Counted from the stretch's first letter, positions 1-11,596 are shown. The stretch: 64,000 nt of DNA from an uncultured Chthonomonadaceae bacterium (GCA_963817895.1 CAWFQB010000014.1:384001-448000); one strand, 5' to 3'. Notes: generated by a model not told the origin, from the sequence alone. Numbers and translations: made by a program.

Positions 1-593
1 GCATCGCAAACAAATGGCTTACTGCTGCGATGCTCTGGAATACCACTTTGCTTCCCGTCCTGACGTATGCGTGGCGGGCAACGACTTTGTGTACTACGAA
101 CAAGACAACCCGCAGGCGCGGGTTTCTCCCGACTGCTACGTGGCGTTCGGCGTCGAGCCAAAAGACGAGCGGCATTTCTACAAAATATGGGAGGAGAACG
201 GTATCGCCCCCGCTGTGGTAATTGAAATCACGTCTAAAAAAACAAAAAAGGATGACGTGACCATCAAAAAGCCGTTGTACGAGCAGGTGTTGCGAGTACA
301 GGAGTATTTCCAGTTTGATCCCACCGGCGATTACCTGAAGCCGCGCTTGCAAGGGCAACGGCTGCATGAAGGAGTGTATCAGCCGATTGCGCTGGTGGAC
401 AACCGCATGGTGAGCGAGCAATTGAGATTAGAACTCGTTATTGAAAGAAACCCTACGCTTCTATGATCCGCTTCGCCAGAGGTGGCTGCGCACGTATGAA
501 GAGGCCGAAACCGATGCGGTGCGCGTTGAGGCTGTGGAAGCGGAATTGGCGCGGATGCGCGCCGAGATCGAGGGGATACGGCAGCAGAAGTAA
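1..593 (+). CDS. Uma2 (DUF820) family endonuclease; 5' end probably outside the window, frameshift near 445
   Basis: Motifs VSPDCYV, VVIEITSKKT, EYFQFDPTG. The shifted frame continues LRFYDP..WLRTYEE plus a coiled-coil tail to TAA at 591-593. Confidence 0.85.
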
Positions 594-679
594 AAACGTC
601 CTTCCACAGATACCCGTAACAGATACCCGGATGACTTCCCCGCTGCCGGTGGCATCACGGCCTGTAACCATCCGGCGCA

Positions 680-1822
680 TTACGCGCCCTGATGCTGCAC
701 ATCGAAGAGTTTGATGTGGCCGAAGTCGGGGCATTGGCCGTTTTTCTTGCGCTCCTGCGAGGTTGCGCCGGACAGGGCGAGTTGAGCGCCGCTGTTCAGC
801 CAGGCGGCGTCCGTAATCCGCATTTTGGTGTCCAGCGTGTACAGCAAATGTCCTGAAGCGGCGTCAAACAGGGCAGCGTTCCATTTGCCCTGCGCCAATC
901 GTCCGGCCATCAGAAACGTTTTGTTGTCCGGGTGAAACCGTACCACTTCCATCAGGCCACGCCCCGTATCCGACTCGCGTATCTCTGAAACTTTGCGCGG
1001 CGGGGATTCGGTCCAGGCGAAACGCTGCCACGTTTGCTTGCCGTTCCCGGCCATCGGGTCCACCATTGGTCCCATACCGCACACGAGGAGTTCCTTTCCA
1101 TCCGGGCTGAAAGTGAGATCGAAAATGCCGCCGACATAATGGTGGCTCTTAATGATGCCCCGTCAGGTAAAATCGGGCGTTGTCCAGACGGCCTCCTGCT
1201 TGCCGGTCTGCAAATCCCACACGCGCACTTCGCCCATCATGTTCGCGGCGGCGATGTGGCGGCTGTCCGGGCTGAAGGCGACCGAAAGCGTTGGCGGGAC
1301 GTGCGGAAACGACCAGCGCAGTTTGCCCGTTTCCGCCTCGAAAACCTTGACGCTCGGTTCGCGTTCCGCAGCGGGTTCGTACTTGTAACCCCCCGCCATG
1401 TACTGCCCGGTCACGGTTCCCACCCATTTCTCATCGGGGGACACCCGCATTTTCCACGACCAGAATTTATGCGCGTCAACGGTACGAATGGCTTTTGTTT
1501 GGGCGGGATCGAACCAGCAGAGTTTGCCGTCGTACCCGGCGGAAACCAGCCTGTTTGCTTTGGGCAGATACTGGACGCCGCTGGCATAACTATCGTGTTT
1601 GCCTAATAGCTTGCGTTCGCCCGATCCGGCAGCCACTTCGTAAACGCCGCCATCGAAACACGCGGCAAACAGACGCTTGTTATCAGGATGCGCGGCAAGC
1701 GCGTAAACCGCTGTCGGCAGTTTCAGCTCTTTCGCGGGAACCAGTTTGATGCCGACATCTTCCTGACTCTTCACCCCTGACTCCTGCCCCTTGCTTGTTG
1801 TTTGTGCTTGTAGAGCGGTCAC
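680..1822 (-). CDS. WD40-repeat beta-propeller protein (frameshift near 1160)
   Basis: LVSAGYDGKLCWFD and SVAFSPDSRHIAAANMMGEVRVWD repeats. Joins ORFs 1163-1822 and 680-1084; start overlaps the DUF1501 stop. Confidence 0.8.
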
Positions 1823-3165
1823 GCGAGTATCTCCCGAATTGGTTCCGCATGGTCTTCCACGCGGTAAAATGTCGCAATGTCTTTCTCGTCGTATTCGGCG
1901 TAGGGATCAATGCCGAGCGCGGTGAAGATCGTGGCGAACAGATTCTTTTCGTTGTACGGCTTTTCGATCACGTCCACGCCGTCGCTGTCCGTCGCGCCGA
2001 CGACGACGCCGCGCTTGATTCCCGCCCCGGCCATCGCCAGGCTCCAGGCGTCCGGGTAGTGGTCGCGCCCGCGCGCCGCATTGAGCCAGGGCGTTCGCCC
2101 GAACTCGCCCATCATCACGATCAGCGTTTTGTCGAGCAGGCCGCGCTCTTCAAGGTCGGTAATCAGATTATAAATAATCCGATCCACTTCCGGCACGAGC
2201 ATCTGGTAGATTTCGTGCTGAAACACATGGCAGTCCCAGGGCATACCATTAGCAACCATCACAAAGGGCGCGCCATTTTCCACCAGATTTCGCGCCAGCA
2301 GGGTATGCAGTCCGAACGTTCCCGGCCCGTAGCGTTCGCGGTCTTTCGGCTTCACTTTGTTCAGGTCGAACAGATCGGCGCAACTCATCAGCCCCTTCAC
2401 CCGCGAAAATACGGCGTTTTCCGAAGCCGCCGCCGCGCTGGAACGGTCGTTCTCATATTTACGGGTGAGGAACCGGCGCAGGCTTTCGCGCTGTTCGGCG
2501 TCTTGCGTGGTGATATCGGCAACCCGGTTCACGTTCGCCAGTTTATACTCGCCACCGGCGCGAACCGGGCCATACTGCGCCCCAAGCCATCCGGCCCAGT
2601 TGCCCGCCTTGAACTCCTTGAATTCGTTGCCTTCGGGACACGGATCGAGCAGAATGAAATTGGGAATGGGGTTGTCCAGTTGCCCTAATTGCTGCGACAG
2701 CACGGAGCCGAGCGTTGGCCGGACAAACGGTTCACGGGGCGGCGCGCCGCGCTGAAGCAGATTTATCGCCTGCAAATGTTCGCCCTGATTGGTTTTCATC
2801 GAGCGCACAATGGCGAGTTTGTCCGCAATCGTGGCGCATTGCGGCATCAGTTCGCCGAAATGGACGCCCGGAATCTTGGTAGGAATATGTCCGAACGGGC
2901 CGCTGTAAACGCTGTTTGGCTTCGGGTCCCACGTTTCAAACTGGCTCGGCGCGCCGCACAACCACAGCAGAATACAGTGTTTCTGCTGCTTTTTCGCCTC
3001 GGCGGCAAAGGCGGGGAGGGAAAACAGCCCGTTCCAGCTCAACATGGAAGCCGCGCCCGCGCCCATCATTCCCTGTAGGAAAAGGCGGCGGTGCATCGTA
3101 TGTTCCGGCGGCGTACAGGCTCCCATGCCGTCCGGCAGGTCATCATTTTTGGTGTTGTGGCTCAT
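1819..3165 (-). CDS. DUF1501 family protein, Tat-exported
   Basis: Twin-arginine signal HRRLFLQG; GAPSQFETWDPKP; MGEFGRTP..N..GRDHY; GATD. Confidence 0.92.
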   Translation of the reverse strand: MSHNTKNDDLPDGMGACTPPEHTMHRRLFLQGMMGAGAASMLSWNGLFSLPAFAAEAKKQQKHCILLWLCGAPSQFETWDPKPNSVYSGPFGHIPTKIPGVHFGELMPQCATIADKLAIVRSMKTNQGEHLQAINLLQRGAPPREPFVRPTLGSVLSQQLGQLDNPIPNFILLDPCPEGNEFKEFKAGNWAGWLGAQYGPVRAGGEYKLANVNRVADITTQDAEQRESLRRFLTRKYENDRSSAAAASENAVFSRVKGLMSCADLFDLNKVKPKDRERYGPGTFGLHTLLARNLVENGAPFVMVANGMPWDCHVFQHEIYQMLVPEVDRIIYNLITDLEERGLLDKTLIVMMGEFGRTPWLNAARGRDHYPDAWSLAMAGAGIKRGVVVGATDSDGVDVIEKPYNEKNLFATIFTALGIDPYAEYDEKDIATFYRVEDHAEPIREILA

Positions 3166-3171
3166 AGGTGA

Positions 3172-3285
3172 TTAGGTTGTTAGGTTGTTAGTTGTTAGGT
3201 TGTTAGTTTTCAGGAGAACACATGGACATCGCATCACCTTCAGTATGGAAGCCTGATAGCCTGACAACTAACAACCTAACAACCT
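3172..3285. repeat. Intergenic 7/8-mer tandem repeats (TAGGTTGT/TAGTTGT) arranged as inverted arms (STRR-like)
   Basis: 3172-3212 aggttgttaggttgttagttgttagg faces 3260-3285 cctgacaactaacaacctaacaacct. Confidence 0.8.
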
Positions 3286-3288
3286 TCC

Positions 3289-5304
3289 TTAATGATTTAC
3301 TTGAAATTCGGCGCAGGTCAGCAACGCCCACAGCAGATTACGAACCCCTTTTTCCGGCGTTTGTCCGGCCAGAATGGACTGGCACTGCTTTAATTCTACC
3401 ACGTCCGGCGCGCGGCCAAGCACGGAATTGAAGGCTTCTCGGACTCGCGCCTCATTGGAGGTCAGCGCGATCAGTTTCGCGGTCGCGCTGAGGGGCGCGG
3501 GTTTCAACAACTCCTCTAAAATCGGCGAATTGGAAAGGAACAGCGCTTGTTGCAGGGATGGGCTGTACGTGTCCGGCATCACATCGGGGAACGCGGCGGT
3601 AAAGGCGCGTTCGGTTGCCACAGGGGGCGGAACGGTCGGCTTGTTTCCACTGGCGATCCAAAGCGAGTGTAACAACTGCTCGGCGGACAGGGGTTTTTCC
3701 AGAGCGCGGGCAAAGGATTCGGGGCGCGGCGTTGTTTTGCCCGCCGGTTTGGTGTCCAGTTGGTAAGCATGGGAAAGGACAATGCCGCGCGTCAGCCGCT
3801 TGATGTTGTAGCCGCTCTGCTCAAAATCTCGCGCCAGCCATTCCAGCAATTCAGGGTGCGAGGGACGATGCCGCGAATCAATCTGATCTACCGGCTGCAC
3901 AATGCCCTGCCCCATCAAATTCGCCCACATTCGGTTGACAAAGGCTTTCGCAAGCTGCGGGTTATCATGCGTTACCGAGTCGGCAAACACTTCGCGCCGG
4001 GAGAATTTCGGCACGGCAGGCGTATGCGTTTTCTGGCCGTCTTTCGCGGGGGGAACTACATACAAATCCGCGTTGTCCAATTCTTTTTCGTTCGCGCCGG
4101 GGATGCGTTCAGGTACGCTTTTCCCGTTGAGAAACACGAGGGACGCGGGCTGCGATTCTTTTTTCAAATTGGCGAAATTGATGAACCCGCCAATCGCGCT
4201 TTCGGCCACGCCCTGCCCGGTTTCCGTATCCACGTTTTTGCTGCGATTGAAGACCGCGACCAGCCCCCAGTAGTGACGCTGCTCAATTTCCCACGCCAGA
4301 GGATGGTTGTGGCACTGAGCGCATTTAATCTGTACCCCGAACACAACAGGCGCAACCGCTTCGGCAATCGCCTGATGGCTGTTTCTGCGCTCCGCGATAA
4401 AGCGAACCGCGCCCCGCATCGCGCCGGTTGTGGGACGCGCTACCAGCATGTCGCGCACCATTTCGTTCCAGGGACGATTGGCGCGAAACGATTCTTCCAG
4501 AAACGTGTTCCAGCCGCTATCAGCGCGTTCGCGGGCCGTATTGTCCCCTGCCCTGCCCATTAGAACCGTATCGAACACCTCCCGCAAATGGCGCGGGTAC
4601 TCGTCGGAGGCGATCAGGCGGTCAATAAGCTGCGTTCGCTTGTCGCTGTGGGCGTCGGCAAGAAAGAGTTTGCGTTCCTCCTGCGTGGGAATTCTGCCCG
4701 CAATGTCGAGATAGATACGCCGCGCAAATGTGGAATCATCGCAGGCGCGCGCCGGTTCGATTTTATTCTGCCGCCAGTCCGCTTGCAAAAACCAGTCAAT
4801 AGCCGCGCTTGTGGCGATTTGCGCGGGCGGAATCTTCTTCGACTGATACAGACGCCGATAGTCCGCAAGGTATTCGGGCGTCCACGCATTGCTTGTGGCT
4901 AAAGCGGTAGTTAATTTGGATTTCGGCGGAGGAAGCAGCGTGATCCAGGTTTTGAGGACGGCAATCTCTTCCGCGCTCAACTGCTTTTTCGTGTCCGCGG
5001 GCGGCATGTGCGAGTCGGATTTCGGCAGAATATATTGCAGCATACGGCTCTCGTTCGGTTTGCCCGGAATAATCGCCGGCCCGCTGTCGCCGCCGCGCAG
5101 TATGGTATCCAGTGAGCGCAAATCCAGCCCGCCCCGCTGCCGCACACCCGCATGGCACTTGAGGCACTGTTTGTCCAGCAACGGTTCCACCCTGCTCGTC
5201 CAAAACTCGTCCGGCGTTACCGTTCGCGCCGTTTCAACGGCATACGAAGAGATGGGTAACAGCAGGAACGCTAAAAGCGCAATAGTACGAAATATCACAG
5301 TCAT
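3289..5304 (-). CDS. Planctomycete cytochrome c + DUF1549/DUF1553 (PSCyt/PSD1) protein
   Basis: Signal peptide; CLKCH and CAQCH heme motifs; FARRIYLDIAGRIPT; FVNRMWANLMGQG; PSHPELLEWLA; C-terminal EFQVNH. Confidence 0.92.
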   Translation of the reverse strand: MTVIFRTIALLAFLLLPISSYAVETARTVTPDEFWTSRVEPLLDKQCLKCHAGVRQRGGLDLRSLDTILRGGDSGPAIIPGKPNESRMLQYILPKSDSHMPPADTKKQLSAEEIAVLKTWITLLPPPKSKLTTALATSNAWTPEYLADYRRLYQSKKIPPAQIATSAAIDWFLQADWRQNKIEPARACDDSTFARRIYLDIAGRIPTQEERKLFLADAHSDKRTQLIDRLIASDEYPRHLREVFDTVLMGRAGDNTARERADSGWNTFLEESFRANRPWNEMVRDMLVARPTTGAMRGAVRFIAERRNSHQAIAEAVAPVVFGVQIKCAQCHNHPLAWEIEQRHYWGLVAVFNRSKNVDTETGQGVAESAIGGFINFANLKKESQPASLVFLNGKSVPERIPGANEKELDNADLYVVPPAKDGQKTHTPAVPKFSRREVFADSVTHDNPQLAKAFVNRMWANLMGQGIVQPVDQIDSRHRPSHPELLEWLARDFEQSGYNIKRLTRGIVLSHAYQLDTKPAGKTTPRPESFARALEKPLSAEQLLHSLWIASGNKPTVPPPVATERAFTAAFPDVMPDTYSPSLQQALFLSNSPILEELLKPAPLSATAKLIALTSNEARVREAFNSVLGRAPDVVELKQCQSILAGQTPEKGVRNLLWALLTCAEFQVNH

Positions 5305-5513
5305 ACAAAATATGACCCTCTTTACAGGCGAAGGTTACGTGTTTTCTCCGAATAATCTTCTCATCACTAGCCCGACAAAAAAAGGTGTAAAATATTTGCC
5401 TATTTTTGCTCATCAAGGCAGGATACCAATATTGTTTTATAGAATGAAGCGAGGAAACTAATTGTTGTCGGCAGGCGCTTGCTTTTCAACCTGCCGCTTA
5501 CGGGAGGAACTTC

Positions 5514-6038
5514 ATGGACACAATAAACACGTTGCCCAATGTCAATGCCGGACGCTCTCATGCGCAGCGACTTCGCGGCGACCTGGTGGAAATTCGCGCC
5601 GAACTGCTGCAAACCGTTCAAACGCTCACGCCGGAGGAACTTAACTGGTCCCCGCGCCCTGACCTGAACATGAAGTCGTACAAGCAGGTTCTTCAGGAAA
5701 TCGGCGCAATGGAGAGCGTCACCCGCCATATAGCCCAATACCATGAGGAAACGGACTGGAATGTGGCCTGGCAATTGCTGGACAAAAATGACGTGGCAGA
5801 ACTGCTTTCGGCGCTGGCGGCAATCCGGGCGGAAACTGTGGCGTTTTTGGAATCATGCTCCGAAGCGCAAATGCAAACGCCGGTTCCTCTCACTCCTGAG
5901 TGGCAGGGGTACTTTCATGCGCCTGCTGTCGAGACGGAGGAACTGCTGCGCTGGATTGTCCGCCATGAATATTACCATCTGGGCCAACTCGTCACCTATC
6001 AATGGCAGCGCGAAAACACATCTACCCCAAACGACTAA
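5514..6038 (+). CDS. DinB family protein
   Basis: All-helical protein with C-terminal HEYYHLGQL motif; RBS ggagg. Confidence 0.8.
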   Translation: MDTINTLPNVNAGRSHAQRLRGDLVEIRAELLQTVQTLTPEELNWSPRPDLNMKSYKQVLQEIGAMESVTRHIAQYHEETDWNVAWQLLDKNDVAELLSALAAIRAETVAFLESCSEAQMQTPVPLTPEWQGYFHAPAVETEELLRWIVRHEYYHLGQLVTYQWQRENTSTPND

Positions 6039-6204
6039 CTTCCATCCGGCTGACATCCGCTCTGAACAACGTTCCGGTATTCGCTGGCGAATGTGAGTGT
6101 AGCCGTTAAGCGCGATACGAACCAGCCGCGCCTACCGGAACTGTCACTGCCGGGAAATACGGTTCCTTAATAACTCAGACTTGTAAGATAAGAAAGGTAT
6201 TAAA

Positions 6205-7495
6205 GTGGCGATAGGCCAGATTACGCAGGAACAGGTATGCAGCCGGGTAGATAGTGTTTATCGCTCCGAGTTCGCGTCGAATCCTTGCCACGCTCATTGG
6301 CGTTTTGGGTGACTTCGACCTTGCAGAAGACGCGCTGCACGATGCCTTTACTTCAGCCCTGCAACAGTGGCCGCGCGACGGCGTTCCCGCTAATCCCCGC
6401 GCGTGGCTTGTTTCTACAGGCCGTTACAAAGCGATTGACGCTCTGCGCCGCCGCGCCCGCTTTCATGCGTCCCTGCCCTATCTCGCGGAACAAATAGATG
6501 CCATGACACAGGCGGCGGAAGAGCAGACGACCGGCATTGAGGATGACCGGCTGCGGCTGATTTTCACCTGCTGCCATCCTGACCTGTCGCCGGACGCCCG
6601 CGTCGCCCTCACGCTGCGGGAGGTATGCGGCCTTACAACCGAAGAGATTGCCCGCGCCTTTCTCATCGCGCCTGCTGCCCTCGCGCAGCGCATCACGCGC
6701 GCCAAACGCAAAATCCGTGACGCAGGCATCTCTTATCAGATTCCGTCCTCGGACGCCCTGCCGCCCCGTCTCGAATCGGTTCTTCATGTCATCTACCTGA
6801 TCTTCAACGAGGGCTACGCCGCGTCATCCGGGCCGTTTCTGACCCGCGTTGATCTTTCCGGCGAAGCGATCCGTCTGGCGCGGCTACTTCTCGTTTTGCT
6901 GCCGGAACCTGAAGTGGAGGGACTGCTCGCATTGATGCTGCTGCACGAATCGCGGCGGTTAGCCCGCGCTTCAGCGCAGGGAGAATTAATTCTACTGGAA
7001 GACCAGAACCGTTCGCTGTGGAACCGGGATCAAATCGCGGAGGGAACCGCGCTGGCAGAACGGGCATTACAATCGCGCCGGTTCGGCCCCTATTCCGTTC
7101 AGGCCGCGATTGCGGCGGTACACGCTGAAGCGAACAGCCCTGCCGCGACGGATTGGGCGCAGATAGTCGCCCTGTACGATGTGCTGGCATGGCTGACTCC
7201 CTCCCCTGTTGTCGAATTGAACCGCGCGGTGGCGGTAGCGATGCGCGACGAGCCACTCGCCGGATTGACGCTCATTGACGCTATTCTCGCGCGCGGCGAT
7301 CTTTCCGATTACCACCTGGCGCATGCGGCGCGGGCGGATTTATGCCGTCGCCTGGGAAAAAGAGAGGAAGCCCGTGTTTCTTATGAACGCGCAATCAGCC
7401 TGGCGCGGCAGGAGCCGGAACGCCGGTTTCTCCAGAGACGATTGTGTGACCTTCTGTATGGCAGGAACGAAAAAGTTTTTCAACACGGCAGCTAA
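6205..7495 (+). CDS. ECF sigma factor with C-terminal TPR extension (ECF42-type); frameshift near 6270
   Basis: DLAEDALHDAF, DDRLRLIFTCCHP, IYLIFNEGY, SPVVELNRAVA. GTG at 6205 follows an RBS; YciI/DGPF gene adjacent. Confidence 0.9.
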
Positions 7496-7497
7496 AA

Positions 7498-7525
7498 TGT
7501 CGTTTTGGGGGCTTTGCCAAACGAC
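7498..7525 (+). promoter_or_regulatory. Candidate ECF42-type promoter for the VOC-YciI-DUF899 genes
   Basis: TGTCGT-N18-CGAC resembles the ECF42 consensus (-35 TGTCGA, -10 CGA/TC). Confidence 0.55.
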
Positions 7526-7622
7526 TATTCTATGTCACACCGACAGTACATAACAATCGAGCCGGTATTCCCGATTAAATCTTTCGGGCAGACTGGCTCA
7601 CACTGAACAAAGGAGAGAGGTT

Positions 7623-7997
7623 ATGATTTCTCGCATTCACTCGACATCCATTGTTGTCGCCGATCAGGACGCGGCGCTTGATTTCTACGTGAACACGCTG
7701 GGATGGGAAAAAGCGATTGACCACCAGTTGGGGCCGGACATGCGCTTTCTGACGGTGGTTCCTCCCGGCGCGGAAACGCAACTGGTTCTCGCGCTGGCAA
7801 GCTGGTACGGCGAGGGCAAGAATCCGGGCAAGTGTCACGGCATCACGTTTGTCACCCCGGACATTGAGGCCACTTACCAGACCCTCCAGGCGCGTGGCGT
7901 GAAGTTCAAGACCCCTATCGAAGATATGCCCTGGGGAAGCAAGGCCACCTGGTTTTACGATCTTGATGGCAATGAGTTCTTCCTGACTACCCAGTGA
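7623..7997 (+). CDS. VOC/glyoxalase family protein
   Basis: VADQDAALDFYVNTLG, DMPWG, FYDLDGNEF. Confidence 0.9.
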   Translation: MISRIHSTSIVVADQDAALDFYVNTLGWEKAIDHQLGPDMRFLTVVPPGAETQLVLALASWYGEGKNPGKCHGITFVTPDIEATYQTLQARGVKFKTPIEDMPWGSKATWFYDLDGNEFFLTTQ

Positions 7998-8042
7998 CAG
8001 GCCAGCGGAGGAAGCGCTCCAAGCCTGTCGGAAAGAGTTTAT

Positions 8043-8399
8043 ATGAAATACCTGCTGTTGATTTACAACAACGAACACGCCTGGGACGATGCCGAGCGGG
8101 AAAAATGTTACGTGGAGTCGGCGCAACTCGCGCAGGACATCAAGGCGAGCGGACACTATCTGGCTGCCGCCCCGCTGCAATCCACAGCAACAGCGAAAAG
8201 CGTCCGTGTTCGCGACGGCAAACGAATTGTGACCGATGGCCCGTTCGCCGAAACCCGCGAACAGCTTGGGGGCTATTTCCTGATTGACGCTAACGATATG
8301 GAAGAGGCGTTCCATATCGCCGAGCGTATTCCGAGCGCCCGCCTGGGCACGGTTGAGATCCGCCCGGTCAAAGAGATACCGGGCCTGCCCACGCAGTAG
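8043..8399 (+). CDS. YciI-like DGPF-domain protein
   Basis: [24 protein letters not shown]. Confidence 0.92.
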   Translation: MKYLLLIYNNEHAWDDAEREKCYVESAQLAQDIKASGHYLAAAPLQSTATAKSVRVRDGKRIVTDGPFAETREQLGGYFLIDANDMEEAFHIAERIPSARLGTVEIRPVKEIPGLPTQ

Positions 8400-8431
8400 C
8401 CCACACGGGGCTAAAGAAAGGAGTAGAAGTT

Positions 8432-9175
8432 ATGCCTGAGATAGAGACAGACGTAACTGTCACCGCCATTCCAAAAGTTGTATCGCGGGACGAATGGCTT
8501 GCCGAACGCAAACAACTTCTTATGCGCGAAAAGGAACTCACCCGGCAACATGACAGGGTGAACGCCGAACGGCGCAGGCTGCCGATGGTGAAACTTGAAA
8601 AGGAGTACGTTTTCGATACTCCTACGGGTAAGCAGAGTCTCGCGGACTTGTTCGAGGGGCGCAAGCAACTGGTCGTCTACCATTTCATGTTCGATCCCGC
8701 GTGGGACAAGGGCTGTCCGGGCTGCACGGGGTTTGTAGACGCCATCGGCGATTTGTCCACGCTCAACGAACGCGACACGACGTTTGCGGTCATTTCCCGC
8801 GCCCCGCTTTCCAAGTTGGAAACGTACCGGGAAAGCAAGGGATGGAATGTCCTCTGGGTATCCTCCTTCGGAAGCGATTTCAACTACGACTTTCATGTCA
8901 CGCTTGATGAGAAGGTCGCGCCCATTGAGTACAATTTTTTGGACAGCGCGGGGTTGGAAGCGAAGGGGGATTTGTGCCACATCGGGGGCGAATCTCCCGG
9001 CGTAAGCGTCTTCTTCCGCGTAGATGATGCTGTTTACCATACCTACTCGGCCTATGCGCGCGGCGTGGAAGCCCTGACGAACTCCTACAGCCTGCTTGAT
9101 GTGACGCCTTACGGACGGCAGGAGGATTTCGAGGACTCTCCTCCCGGCTGGCCGCAACGTCCCACCTACGGATAA
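8432..9175 (+). CDS. DUF899 thioredoxin-like protein
   Basis: [40 protein letters not shown]. Confidence 0.92.
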   Translation: MPEIETDVTVTAIPKVVSRDEWLAERKQLLMREKELTRQHDRVNAERRRLPMVKLEKEYVFDTPTGKQSLADLFEGRKQLVVYHFMFDPAWDKGCPGCTGFVDAIGDLSTLNERDTTFAVISRAPLSKLETYRESKGWNVLWVSSFGSDFNYDFHVTLDEKVAPIEYNFLDSAGLEAKGDLCHIGGESPGVSVFFRVDDAVYHTYSAYARGVEALTNSYSLLDVTPYGRQEDFEDSPPGWPQRPTYG

Positions 9176-9212
9176 AATCGCGCTTTTAAAGCCAATACCG
9201 TTCAATAAAGTT

Positions 9213-9251
9213 CGGAGGGTACAAATGGAATTTGTTGTACCCTCCGTTTTT
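9213..9251 (+). terminator. Rho-independent terminator between convergent genes
   Basis: 12 bp stem cggagggtacaa/ttgtaccctccg followed by ttttt. Confidence 0.8.
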
Positions 9252-9303
9252 GTTCCTGACACAGCAGTAATTTAGAGGCGTCTTAATGATGAAACCATCA
9301 TCT

Positions 9304-11467
9304 CTACTCGAGTTCCACAACAAAGCCGCGCGGTCTGTCTACTGCGTTCGGAGGGATGTTGGACGTATCGTTCCAGCATCCCGGCCCCCAAAACTGCGCA
9401 TAATTTGAGTTCGGTGTGCCGTGATCGCCATTGGGTTCCTGAGGATTCCAGTTGGTATAGTTCCACGCTTCTCCTGTAACCCATGCCCAACCGGTTGCCG
9501 CGTTGCCGGGGTCCGCTCTCGCCAGGTCTTTGAACGCGCCTATCCAGTAAACCCCTTTTACCGCGTCAGGAAAATGTTGCGTGACAAACTGGCTCTCCTC
9601 GGCGGATGTGAGCGTCACCAGATGCCCGCGCCGACCACGATACGTCATTTTCTCCGCGAGCTTCTGCGTCTTGCCAGGTAATGTCTGCACTCAGTGTCAC
9701 TTGAGCGTACCAATGACCGTTCGCCGGAAACTGAACATAGGACGCCGCCGGCAGCGCAACTGTGCCGGTGGGTGTCGCCGCGTTAAGCGCCACAGTTGGC
9801 TGTGGCGCGGCCGGGTTCAGGTAAAAACCGAGACGCAACTCGTGTACAACGTCGCCGAAATACTCCTCCCAGGCGTCGCGCTTCAGGCGTCCCCCCGCCG
9901 TTATTAGTGGCCCCAGCAGGGCGCCCAACCGCGCATTCTCCTGCAATCGCCGCTGAAAAGTTTCCGTTGACAGTCCCGCCTCCGCCGCCGCCTGCGTAAT
10001 GTCCATTGTCGAATCGTAGCGGCCCTGCAAGGCATAGATTGGTTCGCGGGTAGTGACAGTCGCGCCCGTTTGGCGTACCGCGCCGGCAAACCGTTTTAGG
10101 TCCTCGTCCAGCGCGGCCTCCATCTTCGGCTTTTCGACGTAGAGGGCCAATGCATGGTCGTGGACGAGGTCGTTTTGTCCTCTCGGCATCGCGGTGAGCA
10201 CCGCCCGCATCGTATCTGCGAACCGCTTCATGCCCTGCGCGTGGCAGCTCATACAGGTCAGGCCATTGCGTACTACCGGGTCATTGGCATTCTCTTTGTT
10301 GCTCACAATGTCAATGGGGCCAGTGTCTATACGTTCACCGTTGGCATTCACCAACAGATAGGCTTGCAGGCCGTTCGGCAAATTGAAGATGATCTCGCCG
10401 CCTGCGGCCTCAAAGTCGAGAGGATGTTTGAAAATATTCTCTTTGCCCGCATTGTTCTTGAAATCGTAGGAACGCCAGTAGGCTCCATACGGCGACTCGT
10501 GCCGTTCCACCACGCGGTTATTGCGCGAAACGCCGCTTTCCTGCAACCCGGCGCGTAGCGCAGTCTCCCTTTTCTGATTTTTCTTGACGTCCACGCCGAG
10601 TTTCGCTTCCAGTTTTTGCGCCGTGTCGGGCAGGTCCAGCAATTCGTGATACAGCGGCGGCAACGCGGCCCGCGACACAAACCAGTCAGCGCGCACATAA
10701 GGCAACGGACAGTTCGTGGCGGCGTAGATGGCTTTTGCGGTCTGCGTTTCGGAGACAACAGCGTAGGGATAGGCCGCCAGCAGTTTCTTCCAGGTCTGCT
10801 CTGTCCACCAATACTTTCTCATATCAATTCGCAGGATGGTCTTGCCGGGGTCAATCGGCTGCGGCGCAGAAATCGTCTTCTGCCACGAGAGGCTGTTCAG
10901 CAGTTTCGACAGCCCAACGCGAAACGCCTGAACGTCGTCCTCGTTCACGCCTTCGTTGGCGAGATGCGTTAGCGTAAAGTAGCGCAGGTAGGGGCGATCA
11001 CGAACGCTTGCGCGGATCAGGTCCGCCTTGATTTCAAAAAGAATGTCGGCTTCGCTCAAATGCTTGTGCGCCGCGTCAGACTGTTCGGTCATAAGTTGAG
11101 GCGCGCCCGCCTCGATCCAGGCTTTGAGCGTCTTCTGTTCATCTTCGTTTAGCGGATTATTTTCACTGCGGGGCGGCATCGGATCGTTGAGGGAATTGAC
11201 GGCGCGAACAAACAGGCGTGATGCAGTGGGTTTTCCCGGTACGAGATACCCGTTGTCCACCATTGCCTTGTAGTCATGGAAGGTGAATCCCGCCATTTTG
11301 TCCTTGCCATGACATTTCGCGCAGTGCTTTTCAAGGATTGCGTAGGCTTTGGTCGCCAGGTCGGTGTTTTGCCGGGGCGCGGCAAGGCTATGCGATACCG
11401 CAACCGACATTAGCAGGCTTATCGCGGCGAGCGAGAGTAGAAAAGGCGCGGCAAGAATTTTGTTCAT
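9304..11467 (-). CDS. Exported diheme c-type cytochrome protein with C-terminal C-type lectin domain (frameshift near 9665)
   Basis: Signal peptide; CAKCH and CMSCH. The shifted frame gives GHLVTLTSAEE..YWIG..WVTGE..YTNW..EPN..WND, the C-type lectin motifs. Confidence 0.75.
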
Positions 11468-11596
11468 GGCGAGAAGAACCTTCGTATTGCAAGACAACAG
11501 GTTAATACGGACGGATACAGCAGATTGTTCGCGCTTGCTTTTCCATTGTGACATGAACGACTTGCTTTTCAGGCGATTTTGATTTGCAGTCACATA

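Noticed and set aside
3172..3285. CRISPR array
   Set aside because: Units are 7-8 bp tandem repeats without unique spacers, and there are no cas genes
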